Below are positions 12,218 to 23,191 of a stretch of 64,000 nt of DNA, piece by piece; within the stretch, counting starts at the first letter, position 1, and each line of letters begins with the position of its first letter. Source of the DNA: Rhizodiscina lignyota (Eukaryota); the NCBI GenBank assembly GCA_010015805.1, contig ML978122.1, positions 2,700,453 to 2,764,452 of the forward strand, in the 5' to 3' direction. The position numbers and the translations under genes were made by a program. Below the pieces are notes generated by a model, which ran no database searches, had not been told where the DNA came from, and saw nothing but the letters and a program-made list of their open reading frames with translations.

Positions 12218-13527
12218 ATGGTACGTTAAGTCAATTCTTTCATAAAGCCTGCATCTTGTTAGCACCAACTCCTACGATGCGAACGCCAACCATACCCTGA
12301 AGATGTAATGAAAATAGAGCTGTGTATGCGAATTCTAACTATAAGCAGAGCACCTCCACCGTGTCGGCGGCGACGCCGTCGAAGCATCCTTTCGAGCGCC
12401 GCGTCGAGGAAGTCAAACCTTCAAAGACGTACGTCGCCCTCTCCTTCCCATATTCACGCTCCTATGATGTTGTCAAAAACAAATGGGAATCTCTCTGAAA
12501 ATTCCTTGAAGAGAACTATAATATTTGTCCTTTCTGAACTGCACGTTACTCTCACGATATTTCATTTCCAGGTTGAAGAGATCTCCTCGTTGTACTGACT
12601 TGAAAAATCTGCCAAACAGAGATCTGAATGCCATCATCATGGACTACTTCATCAGCGAGGGCTATCCCGACGCAGCTCGCATGCTTGCGAAGGAGGCCAA
12701 CATTAAGCCTACAGCCGATGAACATTCGATCTCTGAGCGTGTTGCTATTCGCAATGCTATCCACTGCGGAGACATACAGTCAGCCATTGAACGCATCAAT
12801 GAGCTCAACCCACAGGTTTGTACGCCCTCTGCTTTGTCTCCCTCTGTAATACATGATTATCCAAGTTTCATGCACCACTCTTACACCTTCGGGTAATGGT
12901 GAACACGACTCACACTTCAGTCCTCAGTATGATTTATTTTTGCAATAATTACACAGCTGTACTTGACAATACTTGACAAACAATCTGAGATAGCTAACAG
13001 CCTCCTCACAATAGATCCTCGACTCCGACCAGACCCTCCACTTCTCCCTCCTCAACCTCCAACTAATCGAGCTCATCAAACCCGTCATCACCTCACAATC
13101 CGCCGATCCGACCCCCGCCCTCGACTTTGCCACGTCACAGCTTGCCCCACGTGTTTCTGTTAATCGCGAATTCCTCGAAGACCTTGAGCGCACAATGTCC
13201 CTTCTCATATTTCCACTGGAGAGCCTGCAGCCGCAGCTTGCCAGACTCTTACAGCCGTCTTTGCGCATCGAAGTCGCCAGCAAGGTCAACGAGGCGATCC
13301 TCCAGATGCAAGGTAAGCGACGAGAGGCGAAGATCAAGGACTTGGTACGACTTAGAGCTTGGGCAGAGAACAAGGCACGCGAATCGAAGAAGGATATTCC
13401 AGCGAAGTTGACTCTGGGTCTGGATGGAGACAAGGACCACAGGAGAGAGCATGAGGATGGGCTGGATCATGATGATGACGATGATGACGAAAGGCACGGG
13501 AATGGCGCAGATATCATGGTGCATTGA
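12218..13527 (+). CDS. GID8: GID/CTLH ubiquitin-ligase subunit (LisH-CTLH-CRA), GID8/TWA1 family
   Basis: Exons 12218..12220 (ATG only), 12349..12428, 12620..12815, 13015..13527 (263 aa). LisH DLNAIIMDYFISEGYPDAA; CTLH IRNAIHCGDIQSAIERINELNPQILD; CRA region VASKVNEAIL...LVRLRAWAE. Confidence 0.85.
12460..12541 (+). ncRNA. Intronic box C/D snoRNA, U79/SNORD79-like (LSU rRNA Am guide)
   Basis: In GID8 intron 2. Box C-like ATGATGT 12464-12470; guide TGGGAATCTC 12484-12493 complementary to conserved LSU GAGAUUCCCA; D' CTGA 12495-12498; C' TGAAGA 12507-12512; D CTGA 12534-12537. Confidence 0.8.
12850..12936 (+). ncRNA. Intronic box C/D snoRNA, U32/snR40-like (SSU rRNA Gm guide)
   Basis: In GID8 intron 3. 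Box C-like ATGATTA 12853-12859; guide CATGCACCAC 12869-12878 complementary to SSU GUGGUGCAUG; D'-like CTTA 12880-12883; ACC-TTCG-GGT hairpin; C'-like ATGGTGA 12896-12902; D-like ATGA 12929-12932. Confidence 0.7.
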
Positions 13528-13984
13528 TTGACTTTATACTGGGCGCCAGGAATAGGCACAACTAGGGATTGTTTTTAGGCTCGGGCTGGGTTGTTTTTAC
13601 GTGTGCATAGCGATGGCGTCTGGCTGGATGGAGGCTCCCATCATGATAGTGCGGCTCGGGAAAAGAGCCTGACACCAATAACATACTTGCATGAACTATA
13701 TTGCGCCTCGTTATGCAGTGTAGTTACGTGACCGATGAGATTTGTTCAAGGCAAGCTCGTGAACTGTCAAAAGAGCTCCCAGCGAATATCAACCAGATGC
13801 TCGCCGCAGCTTCCCTGGAAGCAATCATTACTTCTAGTGGAGTCACGTTGATGGTCTCTACTCCGTACTGAACGTCACAAAAGCGTCTAAATGATGCCGA
13901 ATTGAGGGTCTCAATGTATGTGCAAGACTCCAAAAAGGCTGATGAGCTGTACGAAGGTGCTAGTCTCTCATGAGCGTAAGAGAT

Positions 13985-14320
13985 CTGCAAGAGAGCTCTT
14001 TTCCGCGACAACAAGAACCAAATCCTCTAAGACAGACTTTGTAAGCTACTTCCAGACAATCTCGAATGTAAACTCATCAACACGCGGAAGCTCCTTACAA
14101 GTGCTGAAGGCAACTGTACAATAGCGGCTCTGTATGCAGACTGTTCGAACGCAGGAAACTAGCTCCTTCGTATGGAGTATTTGATTGACAGCCTTTTGAC
14201 CTGGACATCTAATCTCTCTCATCTACGAAAGAGCTGTTTTCTGGCGAGCGAACTAAAGCTGCAACGGCGTCCCTTTTCTGTGATATCGAGAAGCTACTCC
14301 CTGATAACCTCAATGTAACT
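13985..14320 (+). repeat. Two degenerate copies (one partial) of a ~110-bp dispersed repeat
   Basis: 13985..~14078 and 14259..~14320 share CTG(C/T)AAC..CTCTTTTCCGCGA..AA and AAGCTACT(T/C)CC.GA(C/T)AA.CTC blocks with 23834..24112. Confidence 0.6.
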
Positions 14321-14451
14321 ATACCAACGTGAGAAAGTCTCTTAGAAATACTAGGGGAAACTTTGATAGCGTGGCTCCGCAGGCTGTTCGCTCTCTAGAA
14401 ACCAGCTCCTTCGTAATGAACGACAACACTGGGAAATACGAAAGCCAACAA

Positions 14452-15869
14452 TCAGAGGGGTATATCCTCCATCAACTCCACCGCGCCCTCCCTCGCAACC
14501 GTCACAATCACATCGCCCAACGTCTTCGTCGCAAATCCAGCCTCACAGTACGTGAAATAGTACTCCCATTTCCTTCTAAACATGTCCATATCCTCCTTCG
14601 ACATTGATCTCTTGCTGTCCGCTCTGAGCGCCGGCTTTATCCTGGCGTCAAAGTTGCGCAGGAAGGATTCACGCCAGAGACGAAGCGTTTTCGCGTAGTG
14701 CGGGCCGATGTCCTCGATGGAGGAGACGAGGAGGGAATTGTGCGAGCCGGATGTTAGGGCGGAGACGAGGCCAAATGTGGTGGGGAGATGGCCGCCGGGG
14801 AAGATGTAGCGACGGATGAAGTCGTCGGATTTGGAGTAGGCGTCGTATCTCTGTTCACGATTTAGCCTCGATTTCCCCGCCGGAGAAGAGATGGGAAAAG
14901 AAGGGGTCAAGGTACCGTCTCCGGCATCGTGATGCACTGGAAGCTCGCAATCCCGCCATCCTTCTTCAACAGCTTATCAACGCACCCGAAATACGTCGCC
15001 AGCCATTCTCGGCCCACTGCCTCAAGCATCTCGATGCTCACGACCTTGTCATATGCTTCCCTATCGTACGGCCGCGGACAATCTCTGTAGTCGCATAGTA
15101 GCACCGTTATCCTCTCCTCCATGCCTGCGTCCCTGATTCTCTTCTGTGCCAGCTCCTGTTGCTCAACGGACAACGTGAGGGATGTGACGCGACAGCCTGT
15201 CTCGCGCACTGCTTTGATCGCAAAGGAGCCCCATCCCGTACCGATTTCGAGAACATGGTCGGTAGGCTTGATATGGCAGTTGTCGATGAATCTTTTCAGC
15301 TTCCGCTGCTGAGCCTGATCGAGAGTCTCAGTCGCAGAGGCTGGGTGGGAGAGGGGTAGGAAAATGGGGCACGAGTATGTCATGTCAGGCGAGAGGAACG
15401 CGGAGAACATGTCATTGGAGATGTCATAATGTGCCGCAATGTTCAGTCGCGCGTTGGACAGGCTATTCGTCGCACGGAGAAGGCTGGAAATCGAGGAAGC
15501 CAGGGTTGAAGTAATGGTGCTGCCCGAAAGGTAGGAACGGTTGAGGATGAAGAGCCTGAAGAAGGACGTCAAGTCCGAACATGAAGTCTCACCGAGCATA
15601 TAGCTCTCCGCGAAACCCATGTCTGCGAACAGCGCTAGCCGAACCCAAAAAACATCTTTATGGACGGTCAGCGTGACATTGGGTAAGTCAGTGATAGCAG
15701 CAGTTCCACAAATCGTAACTTCGCCACCCAGCTCCTCGACTTCCAGACGTCCTATCTGTATGCCCTTAAGTAAGGAGAGGCTGAGGACACGCGATGTGGC
15801 CACGAGAGGATTCCACGCGAGGGTGCCGGCGTAGCTGCTCAGAGCGCTAAAGCGCTGGAGAACAGACAT
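14452..15869 (-). CDS. Cyclopropane-fatty-acyl-phospholipid synthase family SAM methyltransferase
   Basis: Exons 15869..14916 and 14850..14452. Motifs NIAAHYDISNDMF, DMTYSC, VLEIGTGWGS, SIEMLEAVG, FIRRYIFPGG, HYAKTLRLW, RKWEYYFTYCEAGF. Confidence 0.9.
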
Positions 15870-17032
15870 ATGGCACCAGGCGAGGAGACAGCAAGTTCCA
15901 ATTCAGCCTCAGCACGTTGATCGTTCGCGACTGGTTTGGTCTCCGGTAGGATCCACTGAAATTTGTTCAACCACGAGGTTGTGTAGTGGTAGTTCAGCTC
16001 TTAAGTCGTCTTTGCATGTGGCTACAATTGAGAGAACACGGATTGGAGAAAGGGAAGCAAGACCGCGCTATGCTGGACAAGAAAAGACGAAGCAAATGAA
16101 CTGTAGAGGCACACTACTGAAGAGGGAGACGCGAGATGACAGAGACATTTGAAAAAGTAACGATCCATGACACGACCACGCGGACACAGCGTCAACGCCA
16201 GACAATCGGTACTAACTCCGCTGTCGTTGCTTCGGATGAAAGCGAGACCTTCAATCCAATTGCACCACGACTCGGCAGCAGAGGGAGACTGCTCTCGCGA
16301 GGCATTTCGTGCGGCGCCATGCTGTTCCTGGAACGTATAATGACGTTTGCAAGAATCTACAAGGATTCGTGTGCAGCAGGAGGGCCCGGCATAGGGTGTG
16401 TCGGACGCCTCTTCCGCCGACATGGGGCCATGGCCGTGAGGCTCACGGGTACGTGCCGGGAAAAGAACGGGCGAGTCGAGTGCCAGCTCTGGTTGCTGTT
16501 TGTTGTGCTTACGATTGAGGGAGGTTCGATTGATCGCCCTCGATCTTGTGAGAGATGCCTTCCTTAGCCCCTCGATCTGCACCTGCCCCGCGCTAAAATG
16601 GCCATCCTGGTCAGTGGCGCATGAGCAGCGGCGCTGGAAAGTTCAACTTCCGGTTTCATGGCCCAAACATTCTGCTTTATTCAGTGTGATATCGAATTGT
16701 GTGTCAAGTACTTGTGCACGAGTGTAGGCCAGCGCGTTGAACGATCGGAATTGATGTTGGAAGCAACGTCTCCGGCAATGAGCTCCTGGTGTAGTCCTGC
16801 TTGATAGATCGCATCGAGTTCGATGTTGAGTGGAGTCTCCTCAATGGCAGCCGCCTGTCGACAAAATGGCTTGTGTTATCGGATCTGACTGCTCCGTAAT
16901 GTTTCTCACAGCTACAGCCAAGCTTAATAGTAATTTCTGTCCCAGAAGCCGGGGCAAACGTTAATGGTTGCGCGTCTCCTGTCTCGGATAGATCCGAGAT
17001 GAAGCTATTCCATTCTGGGCAAGAGTAGCTGG

Positions 17033-17052
17033 ACGCGTCGTTTAGGACGCGT
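17033..17052 (+). promoter_or_regulatory. Tandem MCB (ACGCGT) boxes upstream of RNase H2C
   Basis: ACGCGT at 17033-17038 and 17047-17052, within 56 nt of the ATG at 17089. Confidence 0.55.
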
Positions 17053-17088
17053 CTTGTTGAGTCCCAAGAATCATCACTTCAATCGAAC

Positions 17089-17682
17089 ATGCTGGCCATT
17101 CAAAAGAAACGCGAAAGCCCCAAAGTCGAAGCGCACGCACTGCCATGCCGTCTACACCACAGCGGCCACATCGACACGCGTAATCGCTGGAAGCCAGAGT
17201 CACAAGTTGACGGCACATCTACTGTCTACTTCCGCGGACGCAAGCTTCGAGGACGCACTATCAAGCTACCAGAGGGCTATGAAGGTACCAATTCTTGCCA
17301 AGATCATCTAGTGTGATTCATCTGACTCGCCTGGTAGGCCACATTTTAAAGACCACAGAAACACGATTACCGCAAAACGAACCACTTCCGCAGATACCTC
17401 CCGAAGATGCAAACGGAGACGATGATGAAGGTGAGGAGGATACACTTGTGGACGTAAAGGTAGTAGAGGATATTGGAACGTTTGAGCATATCACGGTTTG
17501 GGGTCACGATGCGGTACCAGGCGAAGAAGAGGATCCATATGCAAGAGGCATAAAAGAATGGATTGGACTTGCGGAAGCGGTAAGGACAATCGGACTTTCG
17601 CTAGGCATATACATGTTAACTGTTATAGATCCATGGAAGCCCGACGGAAAGGCACAATACAGACACGGGTCAGAAGGTGTAA
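17089..17682 (+). CDS. RNH203: Ribonuclease H2 non-catalytic subunit C
   Basis: Exons 17089..17284, 17338..17579, 17629..17682. Motifs LPCRLHHSG, YFRGRKLRG...LPEGYEG, VWGHD, GIKEWIGLAEAIH. Confidence 0.88.
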
Positions 17683-17892
17683 TCGCCGGAGTGACGAAGC
17701 CATGCCTCTGTTTATGGTCAGCATTGCCAGAATTCGAGATTCCCACTTTGTGAAGCAAATACCTGAGATTATTATTTCACGATCTCATAAACTTTGAGAA
17801 TCCCTTTCCGCCTCTCGAACCAGTGTGCACCAGCGCATTGAGTTATCGAGGAAACCACCTCAACCGCAGCTCCCGAGTTCTAACGCCCACTG

Positions 17893-18546
17893 TCAACCAT
17901 CGTCGTTCTCCTCCTCGCCGCTGTCTGGTTTATTTGCCATGGCATTGTTCTTCTGCATCCTATCCCACTCCCTTTGCTCTTTCACGAACGCCTCCTTTCG
18001 CATCTGATACCCCTCATGCTCTAGACATCTCACCCATACCTCACGGAATATCTCTGAAGCTTCGAGCTTTGTCTGCGCGTCCTTATGTTTCGAAGATTTG
18101 GCGAGCTCAGCGCCAGTATCTTTGTCATTGCGGCCCCCGGCGTGGTTAGCATAGCGCTTCGCGCGCGTCATGCCCTTCTAACGATTAGTCTGGAGTCGAT
18201 GTACAATGAGTCCAGACGGCATTGGTAGCAACAGCGTCCATAATAATTACGGGTGACAGAATGAATACAACTGAAGAGGAAACGTTTCCGAACCACTCCT
18301 CGATCTTTGGTAACCTACCATCTGAATAAACTTCCTGCACATGTCCATGCCCACAAAATCGGACTCCTCATGATACTGCTCAAATCTTTGCCATAGATCG
18401 CATGAGCTCTTGCGCGCAATCTGAGGCGTCTTGAAGCGCCATAGAGGTAACAATTCAGACTTGTACGGCTCGAAAGTGAGCACGCCTTGCTCGCCGCGGC
18501 CAATGCGATATGACATTCGTAGTGCTTTGTCTGTGCCTGCCGTCAT
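17893..18546 (-). CDS. DUF4385 family protein
   Basis: Two exons; intron ~18318..18175 with TAG/AAG tandem acceptors. Motifs YRIGRGEQGVLTFEPYKS..LPLWRFKT, DFVGMDMCRKFIQMGMTRAKRYANH. Confidence 0.8.
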
Positions 18547-19032
18547 TGTGGGATATTAATTATCGGTTGCCACTTGCAATTTGAAAGAAAGGAGTGACTC
18601 TAAAGAGAGTGAGAACATCGGCACTTTTTCTACGGGCAATCGGGGTCCCGATCTTCCTGCTTTACTCTAAATGCATTGACCGTCCGTGCCTGGAGATCGT
18701 GGCACGTCGTGGCGTCATACATCGTGAACATCATGAACTTCCAATTCAGCAAGAAAACTCAGATTCTTACGAGGTCAAAACTGTCTATCTGTATTTCCAC
18801 ACTAACGACTCAGTTCAACGACTCATGATATGCGGAAGGAAAGCCTGGCGGCCATGGCCGACGGATCGCATGACTACTTCCGCTGGTTATCTGGCCGCCG
18901 GTATCGTTAACTTAGCTCAGGATAGCCGATAGGCGCTAATAGTTTCTCGTTTTAGATGAAATTAATCAATTAAGACCGCTGAGATGTTCTTACAAGAACA
19001 TATGAACTATTTTCATTCATCAATCGGTCGCA

Positions 19033-20658
19033 ATGGTACTCAGAGCGAGCCACACTCCGTACTCGATTGCCTCAGTTCAACAAGCGATCAGCAATGGGAA
19101 GACTGTGCGTGCAATCGTCGAGGAGCACCTAAAGGCGATCGAAGAGCTGGATTCCAAGATAAATTCTATTACAGCACTTAACCCGCAGGCTCTGCAAGAT
19201 GCAGAGCAATTGGATGTAGGTACGCTCCTGGTGCTTCCGAGGCAGGAAATTAGCGAGAAAGATTTGGACAACGAGTTCTCGTCCAACAGTCTTTGGATCT
19301 GTTTTTGGAAGAAGTGATGAACTCTCAACTGACTCTTACAGCGCCTCGATTCAAGCAAAAGGGGGCCCCTCTTCGGTGTCCCTATTGTTATCAAGGACCA
19401 AATTGAGACTGCTGGAATCCCAACAGCATTTGGAAGCATTAGATGCAAGGACTACATTCCAGCAACCGATGCTACGCTTATCACGAAGTTGAAGGAGGCC
19501 GGAGCTGTGATCATCGCCAAATCTGTAATGCCAGATTGGGCCACATCGTGGTGGTCAACTTCTTCACTAAGCGGCACAACTAAGAATCCGTATGATCTTT
19601 CCCGGGAGCCTGGCGGCTCCTCCAGCGGAAGCGCTGCTGCGGTCGCATCCGCCATGGCAGTTGCGGGCATTGGTGGTGATACAGGCGGCAGTATTAGACT
19701 ACCATCAAATTTCTGTGGTTTGGTCGGTGTCCGAGTCACTCCAGGCCGTATTAGTCGCGATGGCATGTCCGCTCTTGTCACTACTCAGGATACGCCTGGG
19801 CCGATGACAACGTCTGTCGAAGATGCCGCGAAAATCTTGGACGTGATCGCTGGCTTTGATGAGAAAGACGAGTTCACCTCGATTAACGCAATAAAGCCCC
19901 TTGGCTCCTTTCAGACCGCCATTCAGGGCCCATCAATAAAGGGAAAACGACTCGGTGTCTTGCGGCAAGCCTTTGGCACTCACAAAGGAGTGACCAAAGT
20001 CATCGGCTCTGCCCTCGATCGATTCGCCCAAGCTGGAGCAGAACTCATTGATGTGGAGATCCCTGATCTAGAATACTACAAGAGCTATACTTTCATATAT
20101 CCTATACGATCAAAGTCAGACATCAACGGATTCCTCGCGTCTCGTAAAGAGCTCGCTCATCTTAAGATCGAAGATCTACAGGCAGCCGGAGAGTACCACA
20201 AAGCACTCGATCTGATCGATAGGATTGCGGTGGGCCCCGCGGACATGACAGAGGCTCCAGACTTCGCCGCTAAGCTGCTTGCTCAGATGAAATTCCAGCG
20301 TCTAACTGCTGCGATATTTGCGAAGCATAAGCTTGATGCGATGATTTATCCTACCTCTCAACTTCCGGCGCCGAAGACACAGGATATACTCGACATGCGG
20401 TAAGACACCAACTCAAGACTCCAATACTATATGAACACTAACGGTAAAAGGTGGAGCTGTGCGGACTACCCGACCAACACGATCATTGGAAGCCAGCTTC
20501 TCTGGTGTGCGATGTCCGTTCCAGTTGGCAAAACGGTCGATGTTGAAGAGGATCCCGATGGGCCTGAACTGCCGATCGGGCTTGAGGTTCTCTGTCTGCC
20601 GCTGGATGAAGAGCGCATGATGGCTATCGGTGCAGGGGTTGAAGCCGCAATGAAATAA
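19033..20658 (+). CDS. Amidase signature family protein
   Basis: Exons 19033..19215, 19342..20399, 20451..20658 (482 aa). GPLFGVPIVIKD, PGGSSSGSAAAVA, GGDTGGSIRLPS, LPIGLEV. Confidence 0.92.
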
Positions 20659-21287
20659 AGCACTAATATTCTGAAATGAAATCAGTGCTGCTTATATTGA
20701 CTGGCAAATATCCAATACCAATCCCGTTCTTACTGAACGGACGGGGTTGAGTTGTAGCAATGAACAGATAGGCTACAAAATGTAAACTGCCACACTGAGT
20801 TCTTCACTGGTTGATTACTCTACGATACCTCTTTCGGAAAATGCTGCACAGCTCTAAGCCCCATGCTTCAACATCTCACACGAACATCAAAATTTGCGCT
20901 TCGTGTACGCGATATACTCCTAGGGGAATACTGACCTCACCAAAGTCCATTTCCGCTTTCGAACCTGAGCATACAAGGGTTTAAAACTGAGCAGTGACTA
21001 AGCAACCTGAGTGCGTGGCTGTGTAATCCTGAGCAAGTAGATAACCGGCGTCCCAGATTCAGGCCACTCCCATGTTCAGTGGCCCAGCTCTTGACACATG
21101 GGCCAGTTTCTGGCACCAAGTAGCCCAGATTTAGGCCCCAAAGCTCGTTTATACTATGGGATTATGCGCGGCTAGGACTGTATTTAAATTAATAAATTAA
21201 TAAATTCTTTTTGCTGTGTCTTGAATCGTACCTCAAAATGTAGTCTCAAATGTGTATTCTATCTAGTTAGGCCAACATATCTTTCAC

Positions 21288-22202
21288 TCATACATATTTC
21301 GATCTTAGCTGGCTAATCAGTCGTACATCGTCACCTGAAGGCGCTGCTCCTATTATGCTTTCCGCCAACCCAAGCATCTCTCGTTCCCAGTTCGGCACTT
21401 GTGGGTTATTACGGATACTGGATACTCTCGTCAAGACCCAAAGCACTCCAGTAAGCACGAAGCTGGGCGCTGCAACACCAAGGTAGAATATGAACTTGGG
21501 CGTGATATCATTTCCAAGCTTCTTGGTCAGTGTGAGCCCTTCCCTAGCAGCGCCGGCACTGAGCCGTGCTTCCGCCCACGTTACTCCCGATTTCCTTTTA
21601 GCAGCCGCAACCAGCGAGCTCATAACACCAAGTGCCATGGCGGCACGTGTGCGCAGCCAGCTCTGCATATCAGGCTCGTAGACAGACGTGATTTCGGCGG
21701 AGGAGAAGATAGAGCGCCATTCGGGTGATGAGATGATGGTGATTTGGCCGAAGCTGAGAAATTGGTGCACCAATACTCCATCGTAGAAGGATGCCTTAAT
21801 CGCCGGGAATCCCATAATACAGCGTTCCTTGCCTAGGACGTCGAAGTACTTACCCAGCGATGCGAAAGTGTTAAACATGAATAGAAACTCTGTTGATTTT
21901 GGACACGCCTTTAGCGTAGCGAACAATGGCTCATCAAGTTGGTGCTCAGTGACGGTAAGGAGGACCAGGTCCCAGGGTTGTGCAGTATCGAGGGATCCAA
22001 CAGCCCTCACAGGAGTCTTCGTGATTTCCGTCGCTTTCTCCGACTTCTTCGCCAGCACACCGCCGTTTTCCTCGAGATTTGCAAGTCGCTGGCCACGGCC
22101 TACGATTGTGACATCGTGTCCGGCCTTGACAAGATGAACTGCAAATGCGCAGCCTACGGGTCCCGCGCCAATAATGGCAATCTTTTTCTTTTCTGCGGCC
22201 AT
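21288..22202 (-). CDS. Ketopantoate reductase (ApbA/PanE)-like oxidoreductase
   Basis: Intronless; ATG at 22202 (track start 22217 is TTG). Rossmann motif KIAIIGAGPVG, GHDVTIVGRG, WDLVLLTV, FMFNTF, DMQSWLRT. Confidence 0.8.
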   Translation of the reverse strand: MAAEKKKIAIIGAGPVGCAFAVHLVKAGHDVTIVGRGQRLANLEENGGVLAKKSEKATEITKTPVRAVGSLDTAQPWDLVLLTVTEHQLDEPLFATLKACPKSTEFLFMFNTFASLGKYFDVLGKERCIMGFPAIKASFYDGVLVHQFLSFGQITIISSPEWRSIFSSAEITSVYEPDMQSWLRTRAAMALGVMSSLVAAAKRKSGVTWAEARLSAGAAREGLTLTKKLGNDITPKFIFYLGVAAPSFVLTGVLWVLTRVSSIRNNPQVPNWEREMLGLAESIIGAAPSGDDVRLISQLRSKYV

Positions 22203-22426
22203 GACGGTTGAAGCCAAGGTTGGATGCGGTTATATAGGATACGCCACAGCGCATTTAATTTTACGGCCACTTGCAAATTACGGCCAATAGGACTGATCCT
22301 GCCTGTCTGGCGGCATTTCTTCGGTAACAAAGACACCCCTGTAAGTGCTCCGTATATATTTATCTATGTTAACCAAGCATATATCATTCTTCTGATTGCA
22401 AACACAAAGCCTACCTAACCATCAAA

Positions 22427-23191
22427 ATGCGCCACCACAAGATTCGCTACAATAATGCTCACAAGCAGGCGCAGTCACCTTTCTTCAGCCTACCGAATGA
22501 GATCCGTCTTCTCATCTACAACTTCATGATACCCTCGGAGCTTGATGTCTATCAGTTCAATGCCTCAGACCCTGGAAACCAGGGATATACGAGTCAATGG
22601 GTGCTCTTCTGGCGTGGCAGGGACGAGTTCGCGGAGAAAGTCGCGGGCTACTTGGACTCGACTCGCACCGTGTGCAAACGGATGAACACCGAAGCCGGCC
22701 ACGAGTTCTTCAACAGAGTCCACTTCCAGCTGCACATAGGTTGTTACAAGCAATCCAACCCCCTCCAGTACGAACAGTTACTTTACCCGCATGTGCAGCA
22801 CCTTGAGCTTCGCCTTGGCGACCGCGGCCCTGACGAGAGGATACGCAAAGAGATCAAGTCGGCCGCGGAGCGATTTGTCAACTTGAAGACACTCAGAATC
22901 CAATTTCTCGACTCCCCCATGTCCACGGTTAGCTCCGAGGATAGAGGCAGGAAACGCCTCAAAAAGTCCGTCTACGACTACCTGTACCGGCAAGGCGGAA
23001 CCCATGATCTGCTTTATGCGCTGGGGGCCTTCAAAGTTAGCACTACTGTCACCCTCACGTACTATCCGGACTTCTTGCTCGAACCACTCAGCGAGTTGGG
23101 TGTCGAGCGCACCCTCTGCGAGATATCCAGAGCTGGGGGTGTGACGAAGGAAATTGGGGAAGAGTACTACTCACTTTGCTCAACGTTATAA
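22427..23191 (+). CDS. Hypothetical protein with N-terminal F-box-like motif
   Basis: 254-aa ORF starting QAQSPFFSLPNEIRLLIY, later RTVCKRMNTEAGHEFF; a pattern common in Pezizomycotina F-box-like families. Confidence 0.65.
   Translation: MRHHKIRYNNAHKQAQSPFFSLPNEIRLLIYNFMIPSELDVYQFNASDPGNQGYTSQWVLFWRGRDEFAEKVAGYLDSTRTVCKRMNTEAGHEFFNRVHFQLHIGCYKQSNPLQYEQLLYPHVQHLELRLGDRGPDERIRKEIKSAAERFVNLKTLRIQFLDSPMSTVSSEDRGRKRLKKSVYDYLYRQGGTHDLLYALGAFKVSTTVTLTYYPDFLLEPLSELGVERTLCEISRAGGVTKEIGEEYYSLCSTL

Noticed and set aside
12221..12348. Third snoRNA in GID8 intron 1 (CAACCATACC-CTGA)
   Set aside because: No convincing box C or terminal D, and only ~7 nt of rRNA complementarity.
16022..16582. Overlapping 143-186 aa ORFs between the CFA-synthase and RNase H2C genes
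   Set aside because: No motifs or clear coding bias; probably intergenic.
19216..19341. Nested (stwintron-like) donor GTAG-GTACGC in amidase intron 1
   Set aside because: A single GTAGGT...CAG intron already restores the frame, and removing an inner intron gives a poor donor.
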